In this document: in pieces, positions 12,492-24,029 of the stretch
Position numbering within the stretch: position 1 is the stretch's first letter
How the letters are laid out: each line of letters starts with the position of its first letter
From: Eukaryota sp. TZLM1-RC
Lineage: Eukaryota; Protista; Metamonada: BaSk clade
DNA: 64,000 nt
NCBI GenBank assembly: GCA_040285825.1
Contig: JAUPSS010000007.1
Location: 3,052,469-3,116,468 of the forward strand
Direction: 5' to 3'
Notes under the pieces: model-generated
Database searches by the model: none
What the model saw: the letters and a program-made list of their open reading frames with translations, nothing else
What the model was told of the DNA's origin: nothing
Made by a program: the position numbers and the translations under genes

Positions 12492-13723
12492 CTACATTCT
12501 TTTTGGACTTCCCACCTCAGAGAACACCAAACGAGAATTACCCACATTCTGAGTTAACAAAGGCATTGTAAAGGAAGGGCTAGATTCAGGGTAAGGAGAA
12601 GCAGCCAATAAGTCCAACTCATTGTTATTGAGTACTTGTAAATGCTTCTGATACTTGTTATACAATTCAGGGCTGATGGAAAGATCAAAGTCTACTAATG
12701 CCAAGAAGGAACGTTCTAGAGCGTTAACTTCTTGAAGAGAGAGTTCAGGGTAAAGCTTGTTGTAATCAGAATTGAAGAAGCTTTCATCATCACAGTATTT
12801 CTGGCTCACTACAACTGCTGAAAATAATATCTTCTTCCAGTTTTTGGAGGAGAGAACCAACCCAGTACGTTCTATAAGCCTATCAATGTAGGCCAACATA
12901 GCCACAGCAGGTTCATGACTCATGCGGGTGCGATAGGCAAAGCTGCTGTGAGAGAAATGGGGGGTGTTACATACGTGTATAAGAACCTGTACAAGTCTTT
13001 ACAGGTGGGAGTTCGAGGAGTGTTTTCTTGGTCAAAAGGTCTGACAGTGTCTGTTGGTATTTTTAAAGGAGGAGGTCTGCGTCTAGCTTTGAGATGCTTT
13101 TGGTTTTCCACAATAACCTGGTTTAACACTCCACAGACAGATTCAATGGTTTGATCAGCATGGCGAGAACGAGGCCGTGGACGAGAAGGCTCACGAGGAG
13201 GAGGGGGTGTGGGTTTGGCTTGAGGTTGGGGTTGGTATTCCTCATTAGATTCCTGATGATTGTAATTGTAATCCTTATGCCGATAAACATGACGTTCCTC
13301 TTCCCTAGGCTTGTCATGAGCACTTTTAGTCGGACGTTGGCGAGCTTGACGACGGCGAGACACACGTTCGTCATAAGTAACTGGTTGTTCCGTTGTTGGA
13401 GCAGTCCTCGCTCTTCTGCTGTGTTGTAGATCAACTCTCTTGGTAGGAACATTACTAGTGGTAGTATAAGAATGCTGTTGTGTTATAGGAGGAAGTCTTT
13501 CAGTACAGTTGTTTCGAGCACGTTGACTAGCGTCGCTTCGCGCAAGAAGGTTGGTTAAACGAGTCCGAATAGCTTGTCGACGTTGTTCCAACTCTTGTCC
13601 CTCATCTTGCTGGTCACTAGAAACCTGTAGGTTTTGAATTCTGTTTTGCAGAACTTGCTTTCTAAGGTCGTTTGGTGGCATTGAAAGATTGGAAAATGAA
13701 GTCGAAAATGACCCTTTATGCAA
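12492..13723 (-). CDS. Cyclin Y-like (PHO80/cyclin Y group) with long disordered N-terminus, 1 intron
   Basis: Intron 12943(or 12946)-12974 joins ORFs 12920-13723 and 12492-12923: YRFLYTF..AYIDRL..NWKKILFSAVVVSQKYCDD..N.DY..VNALERSFL..Y.KY, the cyclin-Y-type cyclin box. Confidence 0.85.
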
Positions 13724-13831
13724 ATCATCATTTCCAAATTCCCTTCAGCTTACACATTCTCGATTAGGATATCACTTATGTTTATTGGTTTACCTTCGTA
13801 GACAACCTCCATTTTCATCATCTCTCATCTT

Positions 13832-14257
13832 ATGGTTGATATTTCTAGAGCAGCACAATCTGATCCACAATTCACATCACAGTCGATACATGGTTGTCTC
13901 CGTCCCCTTAGCCTCACCACCTTTGCCAAGAAAGCAAGGACACAGTCCTGTGAGCAAGTGGAGACCTCGAAGGCGTTATCTCACAAGTATCCTCTCTTTC
14001 AACGAGGATGTGCTGCTTTCAAGGACGACACTGATGTGCTTTGTCTCTTGGTCAATGTAATGTCTGATGATACCCTTCTTCACCTGCAAGACTTTGTGAA
14101 CAAGGTGAAAGTGCCAATGCAAGTAAAGAGATTTCAAGGTCCTGCTTGGCCCAATGTAGCCGAGGAACAAAAGCTGGTTCTTGCTTGTGGGTCAGCTGAT
14201 AATATTGCTGTCTATGCACCTACGATTTATTTACTTTGTTACCGAGAGGAGCGGTGA
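13832..14257 (+). CDS. Hypothetical protein, 141 aa
   Basis: ATG-initiated ORF with host-gene-like GC, divergent from the cyclin; no recognised motif. Confidence 0.55.
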   Translation: MVDISRAAQSDPQFTSQSIHGCLRPLSLTTFAKKARTQSCEQVETSKALSHKYPLFQRGCAAFKDDTDVLCLLVNVMSDDTLLHLQDFVNKVKVPMQVKRFQGPAWPNVAEEQKLVLACGSADNIAVYAPTIYLLCYREER

Positions 14258-14755
14258 TTTGAGTTTTTTGTTATAAAGGTTGTTTCTTTTTCTTTTTTGG
14301 CCTTTTTCACTGTTTTCAAGGCATTTGAATAACATTTGAAGCATTATTTTATTAATGTCAAACAATTCTAAAAGAATATATATTATTAAAGTAAAATTGA
14401 TATCATCTGTCAACAACATTGGCAAATTAAATACGATTTAATAAAATCGTTCTGTCTATGGTTTGAGTTCATGTTTCCTTTGTCCCAAATAACCCCCTCA
14501 CTTCCAGGATTTTGACTGTTTTCTTATAAGATCAACTCAAATAACAAAGCTCAACAGACAACGTAAACTAAAGAGATTGAAGAAAAAGTCCAACAAACGA
14601 ACTACACACTAGACTAGTTTTTAGTCTAGTTCGCAGTTTAGTCCGAAGTTTAGCTTTTTGCTTCTCTAGTTCAAACACTAATGGTCAACATTTAACAAGT
14701 ATTTACAGTATTTTGATTGAAAAGTTAAATATGTATGTACAGTGCATTAAAAACA

Positions 14756-15070
14756 TTAGTAGAGATCCCAGGCGCTACGAATCACATAGATTGCGTCTTG
14801 CTTAGACTTGTTTCTGGGCCAAATGGTGTTGACGTAGTCTATAGCATCCTTGAAGGCTTCCGGATCGTACCTGCGGAGCTTGGCTACTTTGTGTGCTTGT
14901 AGTGTTATCACAAAGAGTCGATCCTCGGCATTTCGAACAAGACTCCATAATTTATTTAAGCAATAATGAAATGCTTCTGCACCTGGATCAAGAAGCTGTT
15001 TGGTCTTGGGTTCTGGTGAAGTTGGAGCTTGCGTTATCGTGTCCAATGTTGGTGTCCTAACAAGAGCCAT
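14756..15070 (-). CDS. Hypothetical protein, 104 aa
   Basis: ATG ORF with GC above its flanks; no recognised motif. Confidence 0.5.
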   Translation of the reverse strand: MALVRTPTLDTITQAPTSPEPKTKQLLDPGAEAFHYCLNKLWSLVRNAEDRLFVITLQAHKVAKLRRYDPEAFKDAIDYVNTIWPRNKSKQDAIYVIRSAWDLY

Positions 15071-16129
15071 TTTGTAATCCCAAATATTCTATTTTCGGCA
15101 ACTTTCTAAAAGTATTTTTGGATTGACAACAGATACAAATGTGACAGAACATCTTATATCAAAGCAACATCTGAGCTTGATAGTTGGAAGTCACGTGTCT
15201 CCACATACCCTTCTCAGGGTCCTCTCTGTGACGTTGCCATGTAACAATGAATACTCCTTCTCTATTTTGCAGTAGTGCTGGTTCCTGCCCTATTAAAGGT
15301 CTACGAATAATACATGGTCTTTCTGCCTCATGTCAATCTCATACATTCAAATATCTCACCCTCGTCGCACCCTCGTCGCACTGTGTTGCTTTTATTGATG
15401 AAGCTGTTTTCCACACGATGATTCATATACCCTGGTCAAACTGGGAAAAACACTGTTCTTGATCATTTCTCATAGCATTACTCAATAAAAAAATGAGAAA
15501 TGTTATGATTATTTTTGAAACAAGACCTAATCTCTTCTACTCCTATTCCATGTTGAAAATTTCTAGAAAACATTACTTTTAGTTTCTTTAGAACCAATTG
15601 TGAACCCTACCCTACCCTAACATACCATGATGTAGTGTGAACAAGGTTAAGTTGATTTTAGTAAATGTGATAACCCTACACAGACATAATGACCAACATG
15701 ACTTCTCCTTTTTCTCTACATATTCCATCTTTGTGATATTTAATTGATAATTTACACACTGCTAACCAAAATTTTTACTAAAATTTGTTGTTTACTTGAT
15801 ATTTCTGTTTCAATATACTGTTTAATAAAAAAATAGTTTTTGAGTTGTCAATGGTTGTGTTATATTGTTAGTTATGAATTCAAGATACTTTGGTTGTTCT
15901 ACTTTGCAAGTACTCATTGGTAGTATTGTAGTAATACAGTCAGTTTATATTTCCCATCACTTCATACTAGTTTGGATATACTTCACCGGATAATCTTTGC
16001 TCTTTGTTGATTTAAGACATTTAGTTACAAAAACATCAATTTTTAAATTATCTCCAGATACATTGACTAAAATCTTATATTCAAAAATCAAAATCAAAAC
16101 GTTGATTATGTTACGTTAATTTTTTCTTA

Positions 16130-17100
16130 TTGTTTCCAAAATCAGTGGTACTGTTAGTAAGGTATTTGGTCGAAAAATTGTGAGAAGAAACCTATCGTTC
16201 CTCAATGACCGCAAAACGGTTCCTGTTTTTTTTCTTTGACTGATGCAAATTCTGAAACTCTTGAAAAACTTCAAAAGTTGCATCCTTAAGAAAATTTTAA
16301 GTGCAGCAAGCCTGATGTTTGTCCTTTTTGGATTGAAAATCAAATTTCTGCAATTGAAATTCTCAAAGCTATTCAAAAACTACCAAAAGTAAAAGCTGCA
16401 GGCCCATCTGGAAGCTCTTTTGATTTGTTGAAAATAGCGTGTTCCAGTGAAATTGTTGATGATCTTGCCTATTATTTTCAACAATTAATTGTTTTGAAAA
16501 TTAATCCTCCATTTGAATTATTAGCTGCACGTTTGATTGCTTTAGTAAAGCCAATTAATACAATTAAACCTAATGGTATACGTTCCATTGCTGTTGGTGA
16601 ATCTTTATCTCGTTTGTTGGCATCGATTGCTTTTGATCGTGTCAAACACAAAGTTGCGCAATTTTTAAACCCTCATTAATTTGGAAAATAAACAATTAAT
16701 AGTGCTTTTGTTGCGGCTCTTGCCTCTGATACTTTTTTTATTCAGACAACAATGATTCTATTTTTATCTTGACTTCAAAAACGCTTTTAGTTTCGTGAAA
16801 AGAAAGGACTGTAATTGAATCTGATATTTCCGAGCTATCAAATTTTTTCTACCACTTTTATGGTAAAGAATCTGATTTAATATTTAATTCATTTGGTTCA
16901 AAATCATCTTTTGGTGTAAAACAAGGTGAGCCTTTAGGTCCCTCATTGTTTTGTTTAGCTGTTTACAATACTTTATATATCATAATTCAAAAATACCCTT
17001 CCCTAAAAATAGTTGCTTATATGGGTGATATACTTCTGATTGTTTCATTTGATTCACTAAAATTGGCTGCTTAAGAAATTACCGATTCATATGAAAATAT
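16130..17100 (+). mobile_element. Degenerate RT domain (family G)
   Basis: KAAGPSG, ARLIALVKP..GIRSIAVGESLSRL, DFKNAF, KQGEPLGP, AYMGD with frameshifts. Confidence 0.85.
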
Positions 17101-17104
17101 TGGG

Positions 17105-19810
17105 CAAATGCCTCCTGATTGGCTTCTCTGCTCAGGATCTTTTGTATATCTCCCACGTAGCAAAAGTTTTCGTACAGTCTTATTCTTGGGTTGTTTCTTT
17201 GGAGTGAAAACCTTTTGGGGACGAGAACCTGATTTTTGTTTAAGGAAGAATTTCCAAATAGAAAAAACATCCCATTCTCCTTTTTTTAAAACAAGACTGA
17301 ATGTTCTAAACGCAACAGAAAAGGGAATGGAAGCCTTGGGACTGAGAACATTCGGAATCTTACATGGAGGCCGTAGTGTATCAAGCGAGGAGCAAACATG
17401 GCAAACATATAAATTATTTTCAAAATATAATTTTCAGCTTTTTCATTACAGATAGCACATTACATTTTGGTAACCACATTTTGAGTTCATTAAGTGGCGT
17501 AAAGCAAGGAGATCCGTTAGGACCTCTTTTGTTTTGTTTGGCCATTCATCCTATTTTACTGCAAATTCAAGAGATGTTTCCTTCACTAAAAATGATTGCA
17601 TATATGGATGATGTTGTGCTTATTGGTGATTTAAATATTGTGAAACAAGCAACTGTATGTTTTAAAGAATTATTTACCAAATTTGGTCTCCGACTTAATT
17701 TACTTATTTGTGTTTTGTTATCGAATTCTCCAGTTTCCACAATAGTTGATGATACTGAAATTCAAGCCAATTTATATTCAATTGATGCTATTCGTCATTT
17801 GGGTTCGTTTTTAGGAAATAATGATGAAATAACCAAAAAATTGTGTGAAAAGTTGAACTCAATTTCTGACAAAATTGACCGAATGATGAATTTAGATATA
17901 AAAAACACATCAAATTTACCATTATAAGACTGTGTTTTAGTTCCAATTTTAATCATATATTTCGATCTACAAATCCTCTCGTCACTAGACCTTTGGCTCA
18001 AAAGGTCAATGAGTTACGTGCAAAAGTTCTGTCTCAATTACTGGGATGTAAAATGTTTCAAATTCCAGATCATGCTTACCTTAGTCCACATTATGGTGGT
18101 TTAGGGTGGACGAAGGCTTCTATTCTTACCTCGTGTGCTTTTGTTGGTGGATGCAGAAATGCAATCTTTGAGTTTTCCGAAAGATTTGCAGATTGGGAAG
18201 ATTTATTGATGACAACGCAAAGTTCCACTGTTTTTGCATTAAATGAAGAAATTTCAAGAATTGATGTAGAAAAATGGGGTCGATGTTTTCCCCAATCATT
18301 CAATGGCAATATTCCAGAAAAAAATGTTTTAAATTTGAAGTACACTCTTCGAACATTACAGAAAAGATTGACTGGAATGTATGAAAAAGATCTTTATAAT
18401 AATATATGCAGCTCGGCTGTTTTGAATCAACATCTTCACTCATTGTTATTGGAAAAGGGTGTTTGTGAATACAAGTCGTCAGATTCTTCACTTTTTGTAA
18501 CCATTGTACCACGAAGATTTGGATTGTGTGCCACTAATGAAGCATTTGTAACAAAAATGAGATTATATTTGAACATCCCCATTAACCAATTATTATCAAA
18601 AGAAAAATGTATTTGTTCGAATTCACCTCAACTCACTTTGCGCCATGCTCTGAATTGCTCTAAATTGATAACTTATCGTTCTTCATTACATGATGCTGTT
18701 AGAGACACTGTTTTCAATATGGCACGAACTGCAAGGATATCGTGTATCAAAGAGCCCCTGCTGAAGGAAACACTTTCTCTAAATAATTTTGGTTCTGATG
18801 ATAGAGGTGATGTATACTGTGATTGGATTGATAATTCTGAAGCTATTGTTGACTTTGTCTCATGTAATGTTGCAAATGATACTTTGGTTCACAGAAGAAA
18901 ACTTAATCCGGTGGCTGCTCTGGATTTTAAAGCAAAAGAGAAACATAGAAAATATGATAAAGATATTGAAGAGGCAAATGTCGATAGAAATACACAGCTG
19001 GTTTTTATTGCTTTCCCATTTTCGATAAATGGAAGATTATCAGTTGAAGCAGAAACTTTTTTGAATGACTTCCAAAAAATGGTGCAAGAAAAAACAATGA
19101 AAAGATTTGATATTTTTTTATGGCGTTCACGGATTCAATTTGCCATTATTAATAGATTACCGCGGTTTTTCAATCGAATTAGAGAAGCTTTAGCTAGACA
19201 GCAAGCAGATCAAGATTTTGTAGAGGAAATCTTGGTTCAATGATAGTCGTCCCATTAGTTATGAATTAATTTAATTAAGTGTGCAAATTCAATAAATACA
19301 AGTTTTTAGATAGCACAATTATCTGTTTGACGTGCTTTACGGCAACTATCTAAAACTACTGCGTCATTGTCTTCTGCAGTGCACTCATGTTTGGGAGGTA
19401 AATTGAATTCTAAATTATTTAATTCAGCAACAGCGGCAGTTACAGAATAAGAAATAGATTGTTTTTGGTAATTTTCATACTTTTTTGAATTTCTTTTATG
19501 ACCAAGTTTATGACACAATGAGCAACGGGAAACATTTTTCGAGAGTTTTTTGTTTTTTGCGGCACAATGATCATTTTTTGAATTCAAACATTTTTGAGAA
19601 GAATTTCGAGCATAGCTTGGAGGGTGGGGAGAGTGGAGGAGTGAAGGGGATGAGCTTAATCTGACGGGTAGAACCTTCACTTGGGCATTCCAATCATCAT
19701 CAGAGTCACTATCAGCCAATGGCATCGTTTTGGCAAAGACACAGTACAACTTTGACGCCGAGACAGAAAGTGAAATATGAGAGGGTTGACCAAGGGAGGA
19801 AGAAGAAACA
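17105..19810 (-). mobile_element. 5' end of a retroelement (leader, CCHC-like knuckle, C4 finger) split by the family A insertion
   Basis: 19306-19810 encodes MPLADSDSD..CSLCHKLGH..TDNCAI; continues below 17449 as CNEK..CHVCSSLDTLRPP..WKFFLK..LLLRGRY. Confidence 0.75.
17460..19307 (+). mobile_element. 5'-truncated family A retroelement with 10-bp TSD
   Basis: KQGDPLGP, YMDD, CICS..HALNC, HDAVRD, DDRGDVY..D..KHRKY; AGATAGCACA at 17450-17459 and 19308-19317. Confidence 0.95.
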
Positions 19811-21285
19811 AATAAATTCTCAATATTTAAATTTTCTATTGATTCTAATTCATTTCCAAATTGAGTCAACAGAGTCGAAAGTTGACTTTTGACTTCTTCA
19901 ATATTTCCGAGATAACAACCCAAAAAACGAAAACCAGACTGATCATAATTGATAAACGGAACATTAACATCATTAATGAAAAAATCAATTGGTTCATGGC
20001 CAATAATCAAACATTTGGAGATATTTAATGAGAGACCAATATCTTTATAACGCTGTTGAATAAAAGTTGCTATTTGTTTGAGAACTGTAATGGGAGTAAT
20101 TACAGAAATGTCATCCATATATGTTACAATATCTATTTCTGGGAAATTTTCTTTCAATTCGCACATTAATGGATGAATTGCCAGACAAAAGATAAAAGGA
20201 CCAAGTGGATCACCTTGTTTAACACCTGAAGACGAAAGTAGGTCAAAGTTTTCGTAGATCAATGTTGATGATTTTCCATAACATGAATAGAAAAAAGACT
20301 CAACTTCAGAAAAATGCTTTCGCAGCAAAGGCAAAATGGAAGAACGTGATACAGAATTAAAAACATTCTTAAAATCTAAACTCAATATGTAAATAGGATT
20401 ACTAGAATTAAAAAACACATCAGACGAAAGAGCAGCAGATGAAGCACCATTAATTGTCTTGATTCCAAATTGAAATGGACTAAAAAATTCTTTGGCTTTT
20501 TTCCCAATTCTATTAAAAACAAGAGACGCAAGAGTTTTAGAAAACGATTCTCCAATTGCAATTGAACGGATTTTGGATTGGCTTTCTTTGAGGGCAATTA
20601 AGCGAGCACTTGTCAATTCAACAGGGACTTTAATTTTTAACGTAAGAAGTTTGTTAAAAAAAAGAACAAGATCATCAACAATTTCAGGACACTGTCCAAC
20701 AGCTGATTTGATCATGTCAAAATTTAACAAAGATGGCCCAGGAGCTTTTCCAGTAGGCATTTGCTGAATCAGTTTCACTACCTCTAAAGCATTGACAGGA
20801 TTTTGCAGCCAATAATCAACTGAATCTGGTTCAGGACAATGAAAATTTTCTTCTGGATGAAGATGATTCAATTGGAAATGTACTCTCATTACATTCAGCT
20901 AAATCAGCAGAGAATAGACATTGTTTTGCAGATCCAAAACGGTTTTTGAAAGCTAATTTTCTTACTAATTTTTCTTTCGAAAAAACATTTTTTTTAAAAT
21001 ATGATTTTTTCGATATAATTTTTTTATCTTTTTTCAGAAAAAATTTCCAAATCGGTGTAACAGCCCATAATCCTTTACGAAGATTTTCAGTAAAAGCACG
21101 AAGAACAACAGCAAAAGGTATCGAAGCCAACGGACTAGGCTGAGCAGGAACACGAATGGAACAACGTAGCTGATCAGCAGCAACACAAGAATCACAAAAA
21201 AGTAAGGGTCGACCAGAATCATTGACAGCAACAAGCTTTTGACAAAAAACACATTTTTTGTCATCTTTTTGATCTTTGTCAGAAT
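19810..21285 (-). mobile_element. Family D retroelement: C4 finger to RT domain, 3'-truncated
   Basis: ORF 19306-20889 N-part (GKAPGPS, SLDFKNVFNSV, KQGDPLGP, YMDD, FRFLG); upstream CVFC..GRPLLFC.SC. Confidence 0.9.
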
Positions 21286-21289
21286 AGGT

Positions 21290-22430
21290 TACCTGGAAGT
21301 TCCATATATTGATTATACTTCAACTAGTTTCTGCTTTCTTGGTTGCTATTTAGGTTCTGCCAAAAAACAATTGATAGCCTTGAAAACTATTTAAATTCAA
21401 TTAAAAAAGAGGTAGAAGTCACAAAGACCCTTGAATTGAAAAAACATCTCAAGTTTTTTCTTTTGAAAATTTGTTATGCTGGATTTACTTATTTACTTAG
21501 ATCATTACCTCCATCCCTAACTTACAATTTTTGTAGACAATTTAACAAAATACGTACAGAATTTTTAGCTTATTTAATGTCTGTTGATCCATCAATTTTG
21601 AAAAATCATATTGATTCTGATGTGGTGTTGGATTCAATTCATCAAAGTATTTGACCAAATCTGCATTTAGTGGTGGTGGAAAAATTTTTGTATTTGAATT
21701 CTCTAGAAGATATCCTTTTGCCGAAAATCTTCTTGAAAACTATTTGAAACTATTTGAAACTACAAATAGCCTATTCCTCGATAACTTAAGAGAAGAAGTA
21801 TTCAGTTTATCTCCCGACTTATGGCAATCATGTTTCCCCATATCCATTCAAGAAATTCCAGACAGAAGTTTGTATTCTTTAAAATTTGCGTTGAAAAAGC
21901 TCCAACGACATCTTTTGAAAAATTTGAAAGTAAGGATTTTATTGTTCGACTTAGCACGGCTAGGAAAGAAAATCCTGCTTTTGCAAATTGTTGTTGATGT
22001 CGTAACAGTGGAAATTTGCAAGAAAAATGCCTTGAAAAATGCTCAATCCGAAGTATCCCCCCTTAATGACTCCGAATTGTACAAACGGAAAAAGTATGCA
22101 AATACTTTAAAAGAATTGAAACATGTTCGCCATGTAGATTACCAAATTTGCCCATTTGCTATATCGTTGTATGGTCGTCTTGGAAAAACTGCTTTGAATT
22201 TTATTGATGATTTTGAAAATCTTGTGAAAAGAAGAATGAATAAGCGTTTTGATCGTCGCTTGTCTCTAAATCGTATTGTATTTACTATTTTCAAATCAAT
22301 TCCTAAAATGATTTCGAAAGCTTTGATGTCTGTCAATGCACATTACGAAGACATTGCTGCTGTGAGGTTTGATGGTGTGGAAGCTTGTTTTGAAGATATT
22401 GATTTTTAGACTGTGGTTTGGAAAATAAAT
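21290..22430 (+). mobile_element. Family F retroelement 3' part with internal deletion
   Basis: ORFs 21343-21654 and 21651-22409 (..KRKKY..CPFAISLYGRLG..NRIVFTIFK). Confidence 0.85.
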
Positions 22431-23543
22431 TAGAAAGGTGTCATTGATAGACTTTTTTGTGGTGCTTGGAGATTGTGGAATCAGTAATCAATTCATCAAT
22501 GAAATTCAGCTGCCAACATGTTCATGTTGCTGATACTTCCAAAGGAAAAGATACAATCGAAGAATTCATCTTGAACAATTCATATGAATGCAGCAGAAGA
22601 CTATCACCCGTGCCTAGTACTGATGATGGACGAAACCATGGTACCCTGGATTCCAGTAAAGGGAAAAACTTATGCTCCAAAAGGTCAGAAAAAAATCAGT
22701 ATTCAAGGATTAGGTGATAAAAGAGGCAACACAGCAACACTTACAATTTCGAAAGCTGGAGATTTGCTGCCATTACAATTGATTTGGGAAGGTAAAACAC
22801 AAGTCAGTGTTCCAAATTATGAATGGCCCAGTGAAGTAATTCACTCTTTATCACCAAGAAATGAGGGTGTATCAAAAGCTGCTGTTACAAAGTGGCAAAA
22901 TGGACATAGTATTGTCGAGTATTTGAGATATGTAGTAGGGAATTATTTGAAACGAATCAGAGCTGAACTTAAGGAAGGGTTTGAACTTGCAGGAGTACCA
23001 ATGGGCGAACGTGCTTTGATGATTTGGGATCACCATCATTCTCATAAATGTGAAAACGCTGTCCAAGTTTGCCAGGAGCTAAATATTGATCCTATTATGA
23101 TTCCTGAAAGATCAACCGATCTCTTTTGTGTTCTTGACATTTCTATAAACAAAGAATTTAAGGCCAATTTAAAGGGCAGTTTCGCAGACTATTGTGCTGA
23201 ACACGTTCAAGATGCATTGTCAAAGGGAGTACCTGCAGAATGCATCAAGATGAAGTTGACCAAAGGAGCTTTGAATCACCATTTCGGAAGATGGATCATG
23301 ACTGCTTTTCGTTTCGTTGAAACAAATGCGTCTCAATGGATCGCGTCAGGATGGGAAAAGGTCGTTAAAAACATCTCCACTTGTCTAGAATATGAAGCAG
23401 GTGATATCATAGAAATCAGATCAGATTTGTCTGATATTGAGTCAGAGTATGAATGGTTGTAGTTTGGTTTAACCTTCACTTATAAATGTTTGTCTTTAAA
23501 ATTTGCACACGTGTTACCAAAAAGTGCACACGTGTAAACACTG
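22431..23543 (+). mobile_element. pogo-like (DDE_1) DNA transposon, 5'-truncated, DD35D
   Basis: ORF 22584-23462: MDET..GDKR..LLPLQLIWEGKT..IWDHHHSH..IPERSTDLFCVLDISINK (35 aa between the last two Asp); candidate right TIR ending CACTG at 23543. Confidence 0.85.
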
Positions 23544-23647
23544 TTTAAAAATAAGTGGGAATTTTTAAATTGGGAATTTTTCAAAAAATTCCCAAAATTC
23601 CCACTATTTTTTGAACCAATTCTAACCAATATACTTTAAAAGAAATG

Positions 23648-23719
23648 GGAGTTGTAGCTTAGGGGTAGAGCGGCTGATTGCAGATCAGCAGGTCACGTGT
23701 TCAAATCACGTCAACTCCT
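23648..23719 (+). tRNA. tRNA-Cys(GCA)
   Basis: GGAGTTG/CAACTCC acceptor, GCTT/GAGC D stem, GCTGA-TTGCAGA-TCAGC anticodon arm, ACGTG-TTCAAAT-CACGT T arm, T-run terminator. Confidence 0.97.
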
Positions 23720-24029
23720 TTTTATTTTCCATCACAGAACACACTGCTGTTTCTGTGTGTACAATGTTATGCACAAGAACAACTGTGGTTCACCTTGAAA
23801 ATAGCAGCCATTGTGATTTTTTTTCAATTGCCGTCTCTTGTGTTATTTTTCATTGGCGGTCTGTTCCTGTGCTTGGAGTTATGGATATTGTATGTCATCA
23901 TTAATGACTTGCTGTACCTATATTTTGAAAATTTTATAGACCAGTAAAAATTGACTAGACATTTAAAATTTAAATAGATTTAAACCAAACCCAAATTGTT
24001 TTGATAAAAATAAATTAGATTTTCTACAT

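Noticed and set aside
19306-20889. 527-aa RT with a novel C-terminal knuckle domain
   Set aside because: Chance in-frame fusion of a family D RT to the 5' module of another element at ~19810
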